The notes: generated by a model from the sequence alone, not told the origin. A stretch of 64,000 nucleotides of DNA from Cenarchaeum sp. (GCA_965242695.1 CBDESU010000002.1:1088001-1152000), one strand, 5' to 3'; positions 9,590 to 20,163 are shown, numbered from the stretch's first letter. Program-made: numbers and translations.

Positions 9590-12500
9590 ATGACGCGCAT
9601 GGACGACAGGGAATCGCACCCAGCCGGCAGGGGCCGCCACTTGGCGCCGCTTGCGGCCGCCGTGTCGATTGCGATCGTGCTGGCGGTTGGACTGGCGCAG
9701 GCGACGCCGTACGAAGATGCGGGGCCGTTGCCGCTTGCGGCCGACCTTGGACATGCCGTGGAGCCGTTCCCTTGGATGCAGGCGTGGCACCCGCCCGTGC
9801 TGCAGGAGGCATATGCGGACCACCTCACCGTATGCGGGGTCGCACTTTATGGCTCTCACATTCCCAACTACCAAAGCCTCAACCGCGCCTATCCTCAGAT
9901 CGAGAATATAACGTTTGCGGTGCCCGACGGCACGTACGGGCTGGGCGATGATATAGACATCCGCATACACTTTTTCCGGCCCGACGGCGGGGCGGTGAAC
10001 CTGTTCCACCGAACCGTCCACGCTCAAACGCAGCCCCAATTTCTCGGCCCGTTCAACCACACCTACCTTGAGTTAAACATACCGGGCAGGTCTGCCGAGT
10101 TTCTCAACATAACAGGCACCGATGTGCTGTACTACCGCTACACCGTTCAGCCCGGCGACAGGTCTGCGGATCTTGGGTACGCCCGCACAAACGGCCTGCA
10201 TACACCCAACCTGCGATCGGGCGCCGGCGAGGACGCGGTAGCCTGCTTCCTGCCCACGCCGGGAGGACCGGGATCGCTCCGGGGCGAGTCCGACGTGGTC
10301 GTCGACGCCGGGCCGCCGTCCGTGCAGTCGGTATCATCGCCCAACGGAACGTACGGCACGGGCCGCATCGTCAACATTACGGTGTCCCTTGAAAAGCCGG
10401 CCGTGATCAGCACCGAGCCTCGCCTGATGCTCAACACCGAGCCGCCGCGGAACGCCTCCTATGCGGGCGGCAACGGGACGGCGAACCTGTCGTTTCTGTA
10501 CACGGTGAGGCCCGGCGACGAGGCGCCACTCTTGGATTATGCGGGCACCGGATCCCTCTCCATGGAGGGCGGGTCGATCGCCAACGTGGTCGACAACGTC
10601 ACCGGGAATATGCTGCTGCTGCCGGAACCGGGCGAGGAGGGATCGCTCTCCGCCTCCAACTCGATCGGCGTACTCGGCGGGCCCATTCCTGTCCTGAAGG
10701 CAAACGGCTCGGCCGTTGATGAGACCGGTGGCTATGCCGCCCTAGGTGGAGCCATCGAAGTCGACGTGATCGAGGCGGACGACGGCGGCGCGTACGCCGT
10801 GGTGGCGGCGCGCAATGAAAAGGCCGGCTCTGATTACCCTGGCGGCGTCCAGGCGATCCGCATCCACCCTGACGGCACACTCTCGCCCGGCGGCACTGAC
10901 AGGCAAGGACCCTCCACTGTCTTCAGGTTGCACAGCCCAACCGACGTCACCGCGTTCGAGATGGGCGGCCTGCCCCGCGCCATTGTATCGGCCGGCAACA
11001 GCATCTCTCTGTACGATATCGGATCCGGCGGCGCCATCTCTCTCAACAGCACGGCGTCCAACGGCGCAGTATCCCCGGGAGGCGCGTTTGACAAGCTGGA
11101 GGGTTCCGTCGGCGTGTCTGTTTTCGAGGCGTACGACCACACCTATGCCCTCGCTGCCGCCAGCAGAAGCAATGGCCTCCAGCTGGTCCACATCCTCCCG
11201 AACGGTACCCTGTCGCGCAACGGCTCGGCATCGGACGGAGTCGACATGTTCAACCTGACCGGGGTAAACGCCGTCAATGTGATCAAGTCGGGCGACGCCG
11301 CCGCGGCCGCCAACGGCCCGCCCAGGGCCCTCGTGGCATCAACCGACGACGACATCATCCAGCTCGTCAGCGTCCACCCCAACGGCACCCTCTCGGTCAA
11401 CGCCACGGCGAAGGACGACACCCCTGAATTCGAGACGCTCGAGAATGCCGCCGGTGCCACCGTGTTCGAGGTGGACGGCCTCACCTACGCCGCAGTGACA
11501 GCATCCGGCGACAACGCCATCCAGATCGTCCGCATCCACCCCAACGGCACCCTTTCCAATGCGGGCTCGGCCGTCAATGGAACCGGCGGGTTCGACTCGA
11601 TTGGGGGCTCGACAAACGCCGCTGTGTTCGAGATGGGCGGCTGGACGTACGCCCTTGCGCCGTCGGATGCCGATGACGGCATCCAGCTGATGCGCATCAA
11701 CCCTGGCGGGACGCCCGTAGCCGAGGGATCGGCCAAGGACGGGGATCCGGGCGGATTCGACGCCCTCTGGGGCGCCGACGGCCTCGCCGTGTTCAAGGCA
11801 GGCGGCCGCACGTACTCGCTAATCGCCGCGCAAAACGACAACGCCGTCCAGCTTGTCAGGCTCTGGCCGGCGTCCGTCGCCGGCGTGTCCTCCCCCGTGG
11901 GGAACGGCTCGTACTCCGCCGGAACGATGATCAGCATAACGGTCGCATTCGACGAGCGCGTCATGCTGCAGGATCCGTCGAACCCGCCCTCTCTCCTGCT
12001 GTCCCTAGAAGGGGTGAACAGGACGGCGCCGTACCTGTCCGGCAACGGCACGGAAACACTTGTCTTCAACTATACGGTGATGCCCGGCGATGCCGTTCCC
12101 GCCGCTGCCGCCGGCCTAGAATACGCGCACGCCGGGGCCCTGGTGTCGCGCGGCACCATAACCGACCTGCTGGGCAACGCAGTCGACCTCGAGCTTCCCG
12201 TGCCCGGCACATCAGGCTCGCTCAGCAGCGCAAGGAGCATCGTGCCAGACACTGCGGGCCCGATCGTCGAGTCTGTCTCGTCGCCGAACGCGAACGGCAC
12301 CTACGGCACAGGCTCGAAGATCAACATTACTGTCTCGTTTGACGGGGATGTGGACGTCGACATCGGAGACGGCGCCGATGCGCCGTCGATCGCGCTGCGG
12401 CTTGACGAGGCGGAAGGCGACCGGTTCGCCACGTACGACGCGGGCGGCAGCGCAGGCAGGAATCTGACGTTTGTGTACACCGTGGAAGAGGGCGACACTG

Positions 12501-14953
12501 CGGCCGACCTCGACTATGCGAACGCTACGGCCCTGTCCGACGGCGGAACCATTACGGATGAGGTCGGCAACCCCGCCAACCGGACGCTGCCCGAACCGGG
12601 CATGGACGGCCTGCTCGGCAACTCTGGATCCATCCGCATCGACACCGAGGGGCCGCGCGTGATCGGGGCCGCGGAGGCCAATCCCAAGGGCGCGCCGTAC
12701 AGGGAGGGCGAGACGGTCAGGATCGCCATCGGCTTTGGCGAGGCGATCGTGCTCTCCGACCGGGCGGTCCCGTCGTTGCGGCTCGCACTTGACGGAGATG
12801 CGACCTCTACCGCCGTGTACGAGCGGCAGTCGGGCGACGGGCGGACGCTTGTCTTCAACTATACCGTGCAGGCAGACGACAGCGCGGATCCCCTGGACTA
12901 TGACGGCGTGGATGCCCTGTCTCTTGACAGCGGAACTATGACGAACTCAATCGGCAACAACGCCGTCCTAAAACTGCCCGACGCCGAAGAGGGGCGCTCG
13001 CTTGCGGCCGCGGGCATTCGCATCGACACATCGGCCCCGGTCGTAGAGTCCGTCTCGTCGCCGAACGCGGATCGAGCGTACGGCATCGGCTCGCGGATCA
13101 ACGTTACGGTCACGTTTGGCGAGGCCGTATACGTCACGGGATCGCCTCGGATCGAGCTCGACACAGGCTCGGACGCCGGCATGGCCGCATACGACTCTGG
13201 CAGCGGATCGCAGACGCTCGTGTTCGAGTACAGGGTGCTGCCGGACGATGCGGCGGACGACCTAGACTACACGGGCACCGACGCGCTGACCCTCAACGGA
13301 GGGACCATACGGGATGCGGCCGGCAACAATGCCGACCGGATGCTGCCCGAGCCCGGCGGGGCCGGATCGCTGGGCCACTCGAAGGACATCGAAATAGACA
13401 CGACGGCGCTGTCGGCGGATCCTCCAAGCGTCCTGAAGGTATTCTCGACGGACTCGGGCGGCACGTACGACACCGGCTCGGACATCAACATTACCGTGGC
13501 CTTTAGCAGTGCCGTGAACGTGACGGGGGCGCCGATGCTGGCGCTCTCGACCGAGCCGGCCAGGAGCGCGGCGTACGTCGAGGGCAGCGACGGCGACTCT
13601 AAGCTGGCGTTCCTCTACGAGGTGCAGCCCGGCGACTCTGCGGACCGCCTCGACTATGCGGGCACCGGCGCGCTTACCCTCAGCGGCGGAACCATACGGG
13701 ACGCGGCCGGCCGCAACGCGGGCCCAGAGCTCCCGCCCACGGGCTCGGCGGACTCGCTGCACGCCTCTGGTATCGCAATAGACGGCAGGAGCGCAGGCCC
13801 CTCCCCCGGCGGCAACGGCGGCATGGGCGACGGCAACGGCGGCATGGGCGACGGCAACGGCACCGGCAACACCGCGACCGTCGTATTCCGGCCGGACGAG
13901 GTCGTAGGCCAGACAAACCTCACCGACAGGGGCAACGAGGTCCGCGTCACGATCAACGTGACCGCCCTGGCCGGCGCCGGCACCGCTGGCGCAACCGTAC
14001 AGTTCCCGTCTACCGGCGCCGTCGTGACCACATCGTTCGCATCCGTGTCGTTCCCGCCCATGGTGGCCGCAATGTCCGTGCCGTCCGGCGGCCTGCTCGT
14101 CCTGCATGTAGTCGCCGCGGCCGACTCCCCGCCGCCCGACTCGACCATTCAGGATCTCGCATACGACGGCTCGGCCGTGGTCCTGCGAAGGATCGTAGAG
14201 ATCGGCGACGAGGGCAGCACCGTCACGTTCAGCATGCCCGTCCGCATATCCCTCGAGGGCCAGGCAGGCGGCCGCGCGTTCTACATCGACGGCGCGAGCG
14301 GTCAGCTGAGGCCGATCGACGACGCCTGCGGGGCAGACGATGTGGTCAGGGTCCACCGCCACCTTGACGGCACGGGCGAGTGCCGAATCGACTCTGGCGA
14401 CGACATGGTCATCTACACGTACCACCTGACGCGGTTTGGCACCGTGTTGTCCGAGAGCGGCGCCCCGCCGCCCGTGTACCACACGTGCTCGGTGAGCCTT
14501 GAAAAGCGGAGCCTGCCGATCGGCGATGCGGCGCTCGGCGGCTACTCTGATCCCGCCGAACAAGTGCTGATCAACTCTGGCTCGGCGCCGTTTGCAAGCG
14601 TCGGGATCGAGGCGTCCCCATGGCGAACCGGCCCCTCCGACGGCGGCCCCGGTTCCGGCGGATACCCTTCCCTGCCGGCCCCCGCGTCAGGGACGGGCGA
14701 GGGCCGTGCGTCGAGCGCCCTTGTCGCGCGCATCTATGCGACGCTGCCGGCGGCCGCCTCGGAGGTGAGCGAGTCCGGCAGGGCAGACGACTACGCCGCG
14801 GTCGGCGAGGAGACGGCCGTGGCAGGCGGGCTCGGCGGCGGGGATGTCAAGCCGCTGTGGTTCCGGCTGAACCTGACCCCGTACGGCAACGAGGTGCAGG
14901 GCGGCGCGTTCTCCCAGAGCGTCACTTACAACGCCCAGTGCGTGCAGCCGTAG
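9590..14953 (+). CDS. Giant secreted surface protein (1787 aa) with Ig-like repeats and a beta-propeller-like repeat block
   Basis: N-terminal hydrophobic segment; about 7 repeats of SVSSPNGTYG..I.ITV.F...L.F.YTV.PGD...LDY...GSL; about 6 repeats of YA......DNAIQ.VRIHPNGTL. Confidence 0.85.
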   Translation: MTRMDDRESHPAGRGRHLAPLAAAVSIAIVLAVGLAQATPYEDAGPLPLAADLGHAVEPFPWMQAWHPPVLQEAYADHLTVCGVALYGSHIPNYQSLNRAYPQIENITFAVPDGTYGLGDDIDIRIHFFRPDGGAVNLFHRTVHAQTQPQFLGPFNHTYLELNIPGRSAEFLNITGTDVLYYRYTVQPGDRSADLGYARTNGLHTPNLRSGAGEDAVACFLPTPGGPGSLRGESDVVVDAGPPSVQSVSSPNGTYGTGRIVNITVSLEKPAVISTEPRLMLNTEPPRNASYAGGNGTANLSFLYTVRPGDEAPLLDYAGTGSLSMEGGSIANVVDNVTGNMLLLPEPGEEGSLSASNSIGVLGGPIPVLKANGSAVDETGGYAALGGAIEVDVIEADDGGAYAVVAARNEKAGSDYPGGVQAIRIHPDGTLSPGGTDRQGPSTVFRLHSPTDVTAFEMGGLPRAIVSAGNSISLYDIGSGGAISLNSTASNGAVSPGGAFDKLEGSVGVSVFEAYDHTYALAAASRSNGLQLVHILPNGTLSRNGSASDGVDMFNLTGVNAVNVIKSGDAAAAANGPPRALVASTDDDIIQLVSVHPNGTLSVNATAKDDTPEFETLENAAGATVFEVDGLTYAAVTASGDNAIQIVRIHPNGTLSNAGSAVNGTGGFDSIGGSTNAAVFEMGGWTYALAPSDADDGIQLMRINPGGTPVAEGSAKDGDPGGFDALWGADGLAVFKAGGRTYSLIAAQNDNAVQLVRLWPASVAGVSSPVGNGSYSAGTMISITVAFDERVMLQDPSNPPSLLLSLEGVNRTAPYLSGNGTETLVFNYTVMPGDAVPAAAAGLEYAHAGALVSRGTITDLLGNAVDLELPVPGTSGSLSSARSIVPDTAGPIVESVSSPNANGTYGTGSKINITVSFDGDVDVDIGDGADAPSIALRLDEAEGDRFATYDAGGSAGRNLTFVYTVEEGDTAADLDYANATALSDGGTITDEVGNPANRTLPEPGMDGLLGNSGSIRIDTEGPRVIGAAEANPKGAPYREGETVRIAIGFGEAIVLSDRAVPSLRLALDGDATSTAVYERQSGDGRTLVFNYTVQADDSADPLDYDGVDALSLDSGTMTNSIGNNAVLKLPDAEEGRSLAAAGIRIDTSAPVVESVSSPNADRAYGIGSRINVTVTFGEAVYVTGSPRIELDTGSDAGMAAYDSGSGSQTLVFEYRVLPDDAADDLDYTGTDALTLNGGTIRDAAGNNADRMLPEPGGAGSLGHSKDIEIDTTALSADPPSVLKVFSTDSGGTYDTGSDINITVAFSSAVNVTGAPMLALSTEPARSAAYVEGSDGDSKLAFLYEVQPGDSADRLDYAGTGALTLSGGTIRDAAGRNAGPELPPTGSADSLHASGIAIDGRSAGPSPGGNGGMGDGNGGMGDGNGTGNTATVVFRPDEVVGQTNLTDRGNEVRVTINVTALAGAGTAGATVQFPSTGAVVTTSFASVSFPPMVAAMSVPSGGLLVLHVVAAADSPPPDSTIQDLAYDGSAVVLRRIVEIGDEGSTVTFSMPVRISLEGQAGGRAFYIDGASGQLRPIDDACGADDVVRVHRHLDGTGECRIDSGDDMVIYTYHLTRFGTVLSESGAPPPVYHTCSVSLEKRSLPIGDAALGGYSDPAEQVLINSGSAPFASVGIEASPWRTGPSDGGPGSGGYPSLPAPASGTGEGRASSALVARIYATLPAAASEVSESGRADDYAAVGEETAVAGGLGGGDVKPLWFRLNLTPYGNEVQGGAFSQSVTYNAQCVQP

Positions 14954-15389
14954 CCGGGCCGGGCTTGCATGATGCCAGCCAGAGCATGCGGCCCGCCCCG
15001 CAGCGCAGGAGGAAGACCGTTGCATCCTCCCTCGCGGGAAGGCGGGCCCGACCTCCCCTCCAGCGGCGGTCCCCGGCGGCCCGGCCGGCCGCGGGCCGAT
15101 CCGCCGCGCCGCCCGTCCAGCCAGAAGCGGCGCTGCCCGGCCGGCCGCGGCTCCTCCCCCGAGCCGTTCCGCAGAGCAGTCGAACGGCACATCTGCCCCC
15201 GACTCCCCCCTTCCTCCCGCGGAGCGGCATCCGCCCCTCGTGCGCGGCCGCGGCTCCGGGCGCCGCCGCCCGAACTGCGCCCAAGCGGCCCCGGGCGGGG
15301 ATGCGCGCCGCGAGCGGCCCGGGGCCATGCGCGCCGCATGCCCCCGACCCTCCGCCAATGCTTAAATCAGCGCCGCCGTGCGCCCCCGC

Positions 15390-15464
15390 GGGCCTGTGGT
15401 CTAGCTCGGTTATGACGTCGCCTTTACACGGCGAAGGCCCGGGGTTCGACTCCCCGCGGGCCCA
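15390..15464 (+). tRNA. tRNA-Val(TAC)
   Basis: Acceptor stem GGGCCTG/CGGGCCC-A; anticodon arm TCGCC-TTTACAC-GGCGA; T loop GGTTCGACTCC; TTAAAT box at about 15362. Confidence 0.95.
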
Positions 15465-15521
15465 TTCCGCCGATCGGCGGGGCGAGCAACATTTTTTATG
15501 CGGCGCGGCTTGGATCTTTTC

Positions 15522-16454
15522 GTGGGGAGTCCAAGGGGCGGGGACGACGGAGGCAAGGCCGGCGCCGCCAAGCCGGCACCGCCGTCGGCCGCCATGGACG
15601 ACGAGACGATCGTCAAGGGGATAGACGAGGCGATAGCGGATGCGGCGCGGGCAAAGCGCCGCCACCACCGACCGAGGCACAAGCGCAAGCGCGAGGCGGC
15701 CGAGGGCGGCACCGACTACGTGGCCCTCGTCGATGCGATGTACAGGGCCGAGATCGCAAAGGCGGCAGGCGAGAGCCCCGAGCTCGTCCTGGACCTGCGC
15801 GCCGTCATCGACGACGCGAGGGCCGCCGACGACGACGGCAACCCCGCCGAGGCCGTGCGCATATACCGCGAGCTGTGCGAGGGGATATCGCACAGCATCG
15901 ACCTTGTGGACGACGACGACTCGTACCACTCCACGTGCTTTGCCGACGCGGTAGACGGCATGGCAGAGTCGACGAAAAAGCTCGACCCCGACGCCCGAAA
16001 GAGGCAGATCACGCACATGCTAGAGCGCTACATCTCGAACGAGCCCGAGTACCTCGCCGACGAGTACATCTCTGCCCTGTGGGAGGTGTGCGGCGCCGAC
16101 CGCGAGTACCTGGGCCACTGGATGCGCAAGCTCGCCCCCCTCGTGCGCGGCGCCGCCGAGACGAGCAGGCGCGGCGGCAGCGCCGGCAGCCATGCCGCGC
16201 AGCTGCTCCGCATGAAGGCGGGCATTCTCAAGGAGATCGGCGACGAGCCGGGCCTGGACCGCTTCCTCCGCAAGCACTGCCACGACGACTCGTACCTGTG
16301 CACGATGCACGTAAGGCGCCTCCACAAGAGCGGCTCTAGGGGGGCCCTTGCGGCCGCCGAGGCCGGCGCGGCCGTGTTTCCGGGCGACGGCGAGGTCGCC
16401 GAGGTGTTGCGCGTCCTGCGCAGGGCGTCTGCCGGCAGGGGCGGGGGCAGGTAG
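15522..16454 (+). CDS. Helical-repeat protein, truncated paralog of the SWIM protein at 20164
   Basis: Shares the DY....., A.RIY and Y..ALW..C pattern; has no SWIM motif; GTG 15522 lies behind TTTTTTAT. Confidence 0.65.
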   Translation: MGSPRGGDDGGKAGAAKPAPPSAAMDDETIVKGIDEAIADAARAKRRHHRPRHKRKREAAEGGTDYVALVDAMYRAEIAKAAGESPELVLDLRAVIDDARAADDDGNPAEAVRIYRELCEGISHSIDLVDDDDSYHSTCFADAVDGMAESTKKLDPDARKRQITHMLERYISNEPEYLADEYISALWEVCGADREYLGHWMRKLAPLVRGAAETSRRGGSAGSHAAQLLRMKAGILKEIGDEPGLDRFLRKHCHDDSYLCTMHVRRLHKSGSRGALAAAEAGAAVFPGDGEVAEVLRVLRRASAGRGGGR

Positions 16455-16460
16455 GGGCGA

Positions 16461-18062
16461 ATGCGCGCATCGGGCCGCCGGCCGAAGGGAGTCTCCCGGG
16501 CAGGGACGGGGGGCGCGGCGGCGCGCGGCAACAGCCGCAAGGCGCCGAGGCGGCCTACGTCCGGCCCAGCGCGCCGGCCTGCCAAAAGCGGGGTCCAGCC
16601 GCCGCCGGATGCCGCGCCGAGGCCCGAGTCGGCTAGGAATCTTGTAGAGCCGGCCGGCGAGGAATACGCGAGGAGGTTCCTTGCTGGCGTGCTCTTGGGC
16701 GATGCGGCCCTTGCCGAGCAGTTCGCGAAGGGCATGGGGTCCCCGCTGCCGGCGGGCCTGGACTACGGAAAGAGGGTGGACGAGGCATTCCGCGAGGCCG
16801 TGGCGGACGTCTCCATGGAGCGGGAGCGCGTTGCGTACGTAGACCTGGAAGGCGTGATGAAGTCGGCCGGCGAGTTTGAGAGGTCGGGCGATCTTGTCGA
16901 GGCCTCTAGGATATACGGCCAGATCGCCGGGGCGATCGTCGGCAACGAGGACCTTTCGTACCTGAAAGGCAACCACCTTGAAGCTGGGCCGGTGGCCGTC
17001 GGGAAGTGGGCCGAATGCCTCGACTGGAGCTCTCCGGAGCCGGCCAAGAGGCGGGCGGCCATAGGCCGGGCGTTCGGGATGTTCAAGAGGGGCGGCGTGC
17101 TCTGCGATGCGTACGGACATGCCATGATGGCGCTGTGCGACACGGACGCCGATCTCAGGCACCTGCTCGGCCTGGCGAGGCCCCACGCGCAGCCGCCCCG
17201 CGTCCCCCGCAGCGCGGGGAAGCGCGGCCGCGCCAAGGCGGGGCCTGCCTCCCTCTTGTTCGAGTCGTTGGTCGGCAGGATCGGCGGCCTCGAGAGCGGC
17301 GGCCCTCGAGAGGAGGGCGAAGGGGTGGGCATCGGGCGGATGGTGTCCGCCGTAGTCGAGATACTCGACCGGCTCGGCAGGGCCACGGACGCCAACAGGC
17401 TGATCGCCGGGCATGCGCGCCTCCATCCGGGGGCATGCGCGCTGCTCGTCAAGAGGCTAGCCGGCGCCGGCTCCAAGCAAGAGGCGGCCGGCGCCGCGGC
17501 GGCGGGGCTCGACCGGTTCGGGAACGATCCCGAGATCGCAGAGGCCGCCATGTCCATATACGGCAGGGGCGGTTCCTCGCGCGCCCGCTGCGCCATTCTC
17601 ACCGACCTGTTCATGCGCACGGCCGACGAGTCCTACTACGAAAGGCTCCGCGGGATGCCGGGGTGGAAGCGGGAGCGGCCGTCCTTCATACGCGCGGTTT
17701 CCGGGAATGCAAGGTTCAGGAGGTTCTTCCTCGTCGACATCCTCGTCCGGGAGGGCATGCACAAGAGGGCAATAGGCGAGATCGCCGCGTCGGGCCAGGT
17801 GGACCTGTTCGAGGCGTACCGCGCCAAGCTCTCGGCCGCGGAGCCGCGGGCGTACCTGGCCGCGTACGGCCGGTACGTCAAGACCCTCGGCGAGCGCGCC
17901 GCCACGGCCAAGCAGTACGCCAGCGTGTCAAAGCACCTGAAAAACATCTCTCGGGTGCGCGACGGCGGCAGGGATGCGGCAGCCAGCATTGCGGTAGCCC
18001 TGACCAGGAAGTATCCTGGCAAGCGCAAGCTCGCCGCCGCCCTCGCGCCGTTCCTGCGCTAG
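16461..18062 (+). CDS. SWIM-family paralog lacking the SWIM finger
   Basis: Clear similarity to 20164..22083 (FLA..L.GD.ALAE.FA.G.G.PLPA, LFMRT.D.SYY..LRG.PGW.RER, PRAYLAAYGR). Confidence 0.75.
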   Translation: MRASGRRPKGVSRAGTGGAAARGNSRKAPRRPTSGPARRPAKSGVQPPPDAAPRPESARNLVEPAGEEYARRFLAGVLLGDAALAEQFAKGMGSPLPAGLDYGKRVDEAFREAVADVSMERERVAYVDLEGVMKSAGEFERSGDLVEASRIYGQIAGAIVGNEDLSYLKGNHLEAGPVAVGKWAECLDWSSPEPAKRRAAIGRAFGMFKRGGVLCDAYGHAMMALCDTDADLRHLLGLARPHAQPPRVPRSAGKRGRAKAGPASLLFESLVGRIGGLESGGPREEGEGVGIGRMVSAVVEILDRLGRATDANRLIAGHARLHPGACALLVKRLAGAGSKQEAAGAAAAGLDRFGNDPEIAEAAMSIYGRGGSSRARCAILTDLFMRTADESYYERLRGMPGWKRERPSFIRAVSGNARFRRFFLVDILVREGMHKRAIGEIAASGQVDLFEAYRAKLSAAEPRAYLAAYGRYVKTLGERAATAKQYASVSKHLKNISRVRDGGRDAAASIAVALTRKYPGKRKLAAALAPFLR

Positions 18063-18084
18063 GGGCCGCTTCCCGCCCCTTCCT

Positions 18085-19119
18085 TCAGAGCCTCCCCTTG
18101 ACGTAGTCGATGGCCGCAATCGGGGTCGGATCGACGCCCGACAGGACGGCCCTGTAGATCGTCGCGTAGTCGAGCAGGTACACGAGGTTGGCGACCTTTG
18201 AGAGTATGTCGCCGCCGACCGAGTCGACCGTGCGGAACTCTATCCCCCTGTCGCGGAACATCGACTCGAGTATGCCCCACCTCTGGCGCGTCTTTGCGTG
18301 GTCGTCGCGGCCGCGAACCATGACGGGCCTGCCGGCCGATCCCTTTCCGCCCCACCACGGGACGACCCCGTTGTGGCACGCCTCTATGACATCCTCGGCC
18401 ATGGCGTGCATCTTTGCATTCTCCTGCAGCGAGTTCTTGAACCGGATCGCCGCCGCGCGCAGGCCTGCCGGATAGTACACTATGGGCACTCCGGACAGCC
18501 ACCCGGCCAGGGACAGGGCGGGGTTTGCCTCCTCGTCCAGGCTTTGCGACCCTATGCGGTCCCTCAGGGCGGACATGTGCGATATCGAGTCGGGGACGCA
18601 CTTTGCCGCGCCCTCGGGCAGGACGGGCCCGAGGGCCCTGATCATCCCGTACAGGAACGGCGCGAACGACGCGCGCGGCGAGTGGCGCGCCTCGATCCTG
18701 CGGTGCGGCATGCCCCTGTCGGCGCAGAGCCGCTCCATCCGGCCGCCGCCCGAGAAGCCGACTGCCAGGCACCCCCTCCTGCCGGCCTCGTCGAGGACGG
18801 CGAGCGCCTCTTCCGTGTTGCCGGACACGCTCGTGGCGACGACCACGGTGTCGCGCGAGGCGACCCTGGGCAGCACGTACCCCTTTGCGACGTCGACGTG
18901 CACGCCGGCCTTGGACAGGACGGCGGCCATCGCGTCGCCGACCGTCCCCGACCCGCCCATCCCGGCGAACACAAAGTGCCGCGTCTGCCCGCAGGTCTGC
19001 AGGTCGACCGGCTCGGGCCCCTCGGGGCCGCCCTCCCTCGCGGCCGCCTCGGGCCACTTGTCGTACACGGCGCAGATCCCGGACGAGTCGCACCTGGCAA
19101 GCGCGCCGGCGTCGAGCAT
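18085..19119 (-). CDS. Bifunctional phosphoglucose/phosphomannose isomerase (SIS domains)
   Basis: Motifs GMGGSG, SVSGNTEE, SPRAS, QENAK, EACHNG and DPTPI..I..VK. Confidence 0.9.
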   Translation of the reverse strand: MLDAGALARCDSSGICAVYDKWPEAAAREGGPEGPEPVDLQTCGQTRHFVFAGMGGSGTVGDAMAAVLSKAGVHVDVAKGYVLPRVASRDTVVVATSVSGNTEEALAVLDEAGRRGCLAVGFSGGGRMERLCADRGMPHRRIEARHSPRASFAPFLYGMIRALGPVLPEGAAKCVPDSISHMSALRDRIGSQSLDEEANPALSLAGWLSGVPIVYYPAGLRAAAIRFKNSLQENAKMHAMAEDVIEACHNGVVPWWGGKGSAGRPVMVRGRDDHAKTRQRWGILESMFRDRGIEFRTVDSVGGDILSKVANLVYLLDYATIYRAVLSGVDPTPIAAIDYVKGRL

Positions 19120-19439
19120 GCGGCGGCGGCGGCGCATGGCCGAATAAATGTACGCGCGCCGGCGGCGCCGGCAGCGGCGAAATTGCGTGCCCGCCCCTGA
19201 GCCGCCCGGATGCCGGCCTTCTGCCGCGGCAGTGATCGGAATGCCTGCCGCCTCGGGTGCCGGGGCCGGGCGTGGCGCGCGCCCCTCCGTGGCGTGGGCA
19301 CGTGTTGCGATGCGCCGACCTCCGCCGCCTCTTGGCACGGGCGGTTGCACCTACGCCTCTCATGGCCCTCTTCCGCCCCTCCGCCCCGCCGGGCCGCCTG
19401 GCTGTCATGCTTTTATGCTAGTATGGACGCCCCGAAGCC

Positions 19440-19856
19440 GTGAAGCAGGCGCTATCCCTTGCAGAAGTGCGCGAGCGCAACGAGGTTCGCATCCATTCCG
19501 AATGGAGGCAGATGCCGCAGGACATCCTGATCGTATTCGCCAGCTTTGTCGTGCGCGAGGTGGCATCCGCCGCCACGACGGTGGCCAAGAACGCAGACCG
19601 GTTCGACATTGCCGTGCGGGGCGGGATCGAGCGCCGCAAGAGGATGCCGCGGGGCCACCCGCCGATACTGGGCGTAGAGCACGCGGATCCCGTCTTCATG
19701 ACAGTCATGGTCCACTGCTCCATGGCGCAGGTCGTCGAGCTGCTCGAGTACGGCATGCCCGAGGACATGTCCGTCGTGCCGATACCGCGCAAGAGGTACG
19801 ACGACTGGCGGAAGCGGGCAGTGCGCAGGCGCGCCAGGCCGGCGAAGAGATCCTGA
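19440..19856 (+). CDS. Divergent ribosomal protein uS10-like paralog (tentative)
   Basis: MPQ...I.F.S..V..V..AA..V...ADR..I.VRG.I and V.VHC......LL...MPEDMSV follow the archaeal S10 pattern; TTTTAT box at 19410. Confidence 0.5.
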   Translation: MKQALSLAEVRERNEVRIHSEWRQMPQDILIVFASFVVREVASAATTVAKNADRFDIAVRGGIERRKRMPRGHPPILGVEHADPVFMTVMVHCSMAQVVELLEYGMPEDMSVVPIPRKRYDDWRKRAVRRRARPAKRS

Positions 19857-20163
19857 GGGCGCGCACCGCACCTGCACGGGAGCCTCCATGTCCTTTGATC
19901 CTAGCATGCGCAGGGGCGGCATGCCGACCGCCGCCCGATGCACGCTTCGACAGGGGCACCGGCACCGATCTGGACGCCGACATTCTGGATGAACCGCCAT
20001 GTCCCCACATGCTCCGCCATGCCCCGCGATCCCGCCGCGCGTCTGGCGTCCCCGGGCGGGCCGTCAGGCCTTGCCGTGCTGTCCGGCAGCCGCATGCGCG
20101 GAGCAGCGGCCGGCGCCGGGCGCGCCCCGCTGGGGATTTATCGCCCGCATCCGGCCGCGCCGC

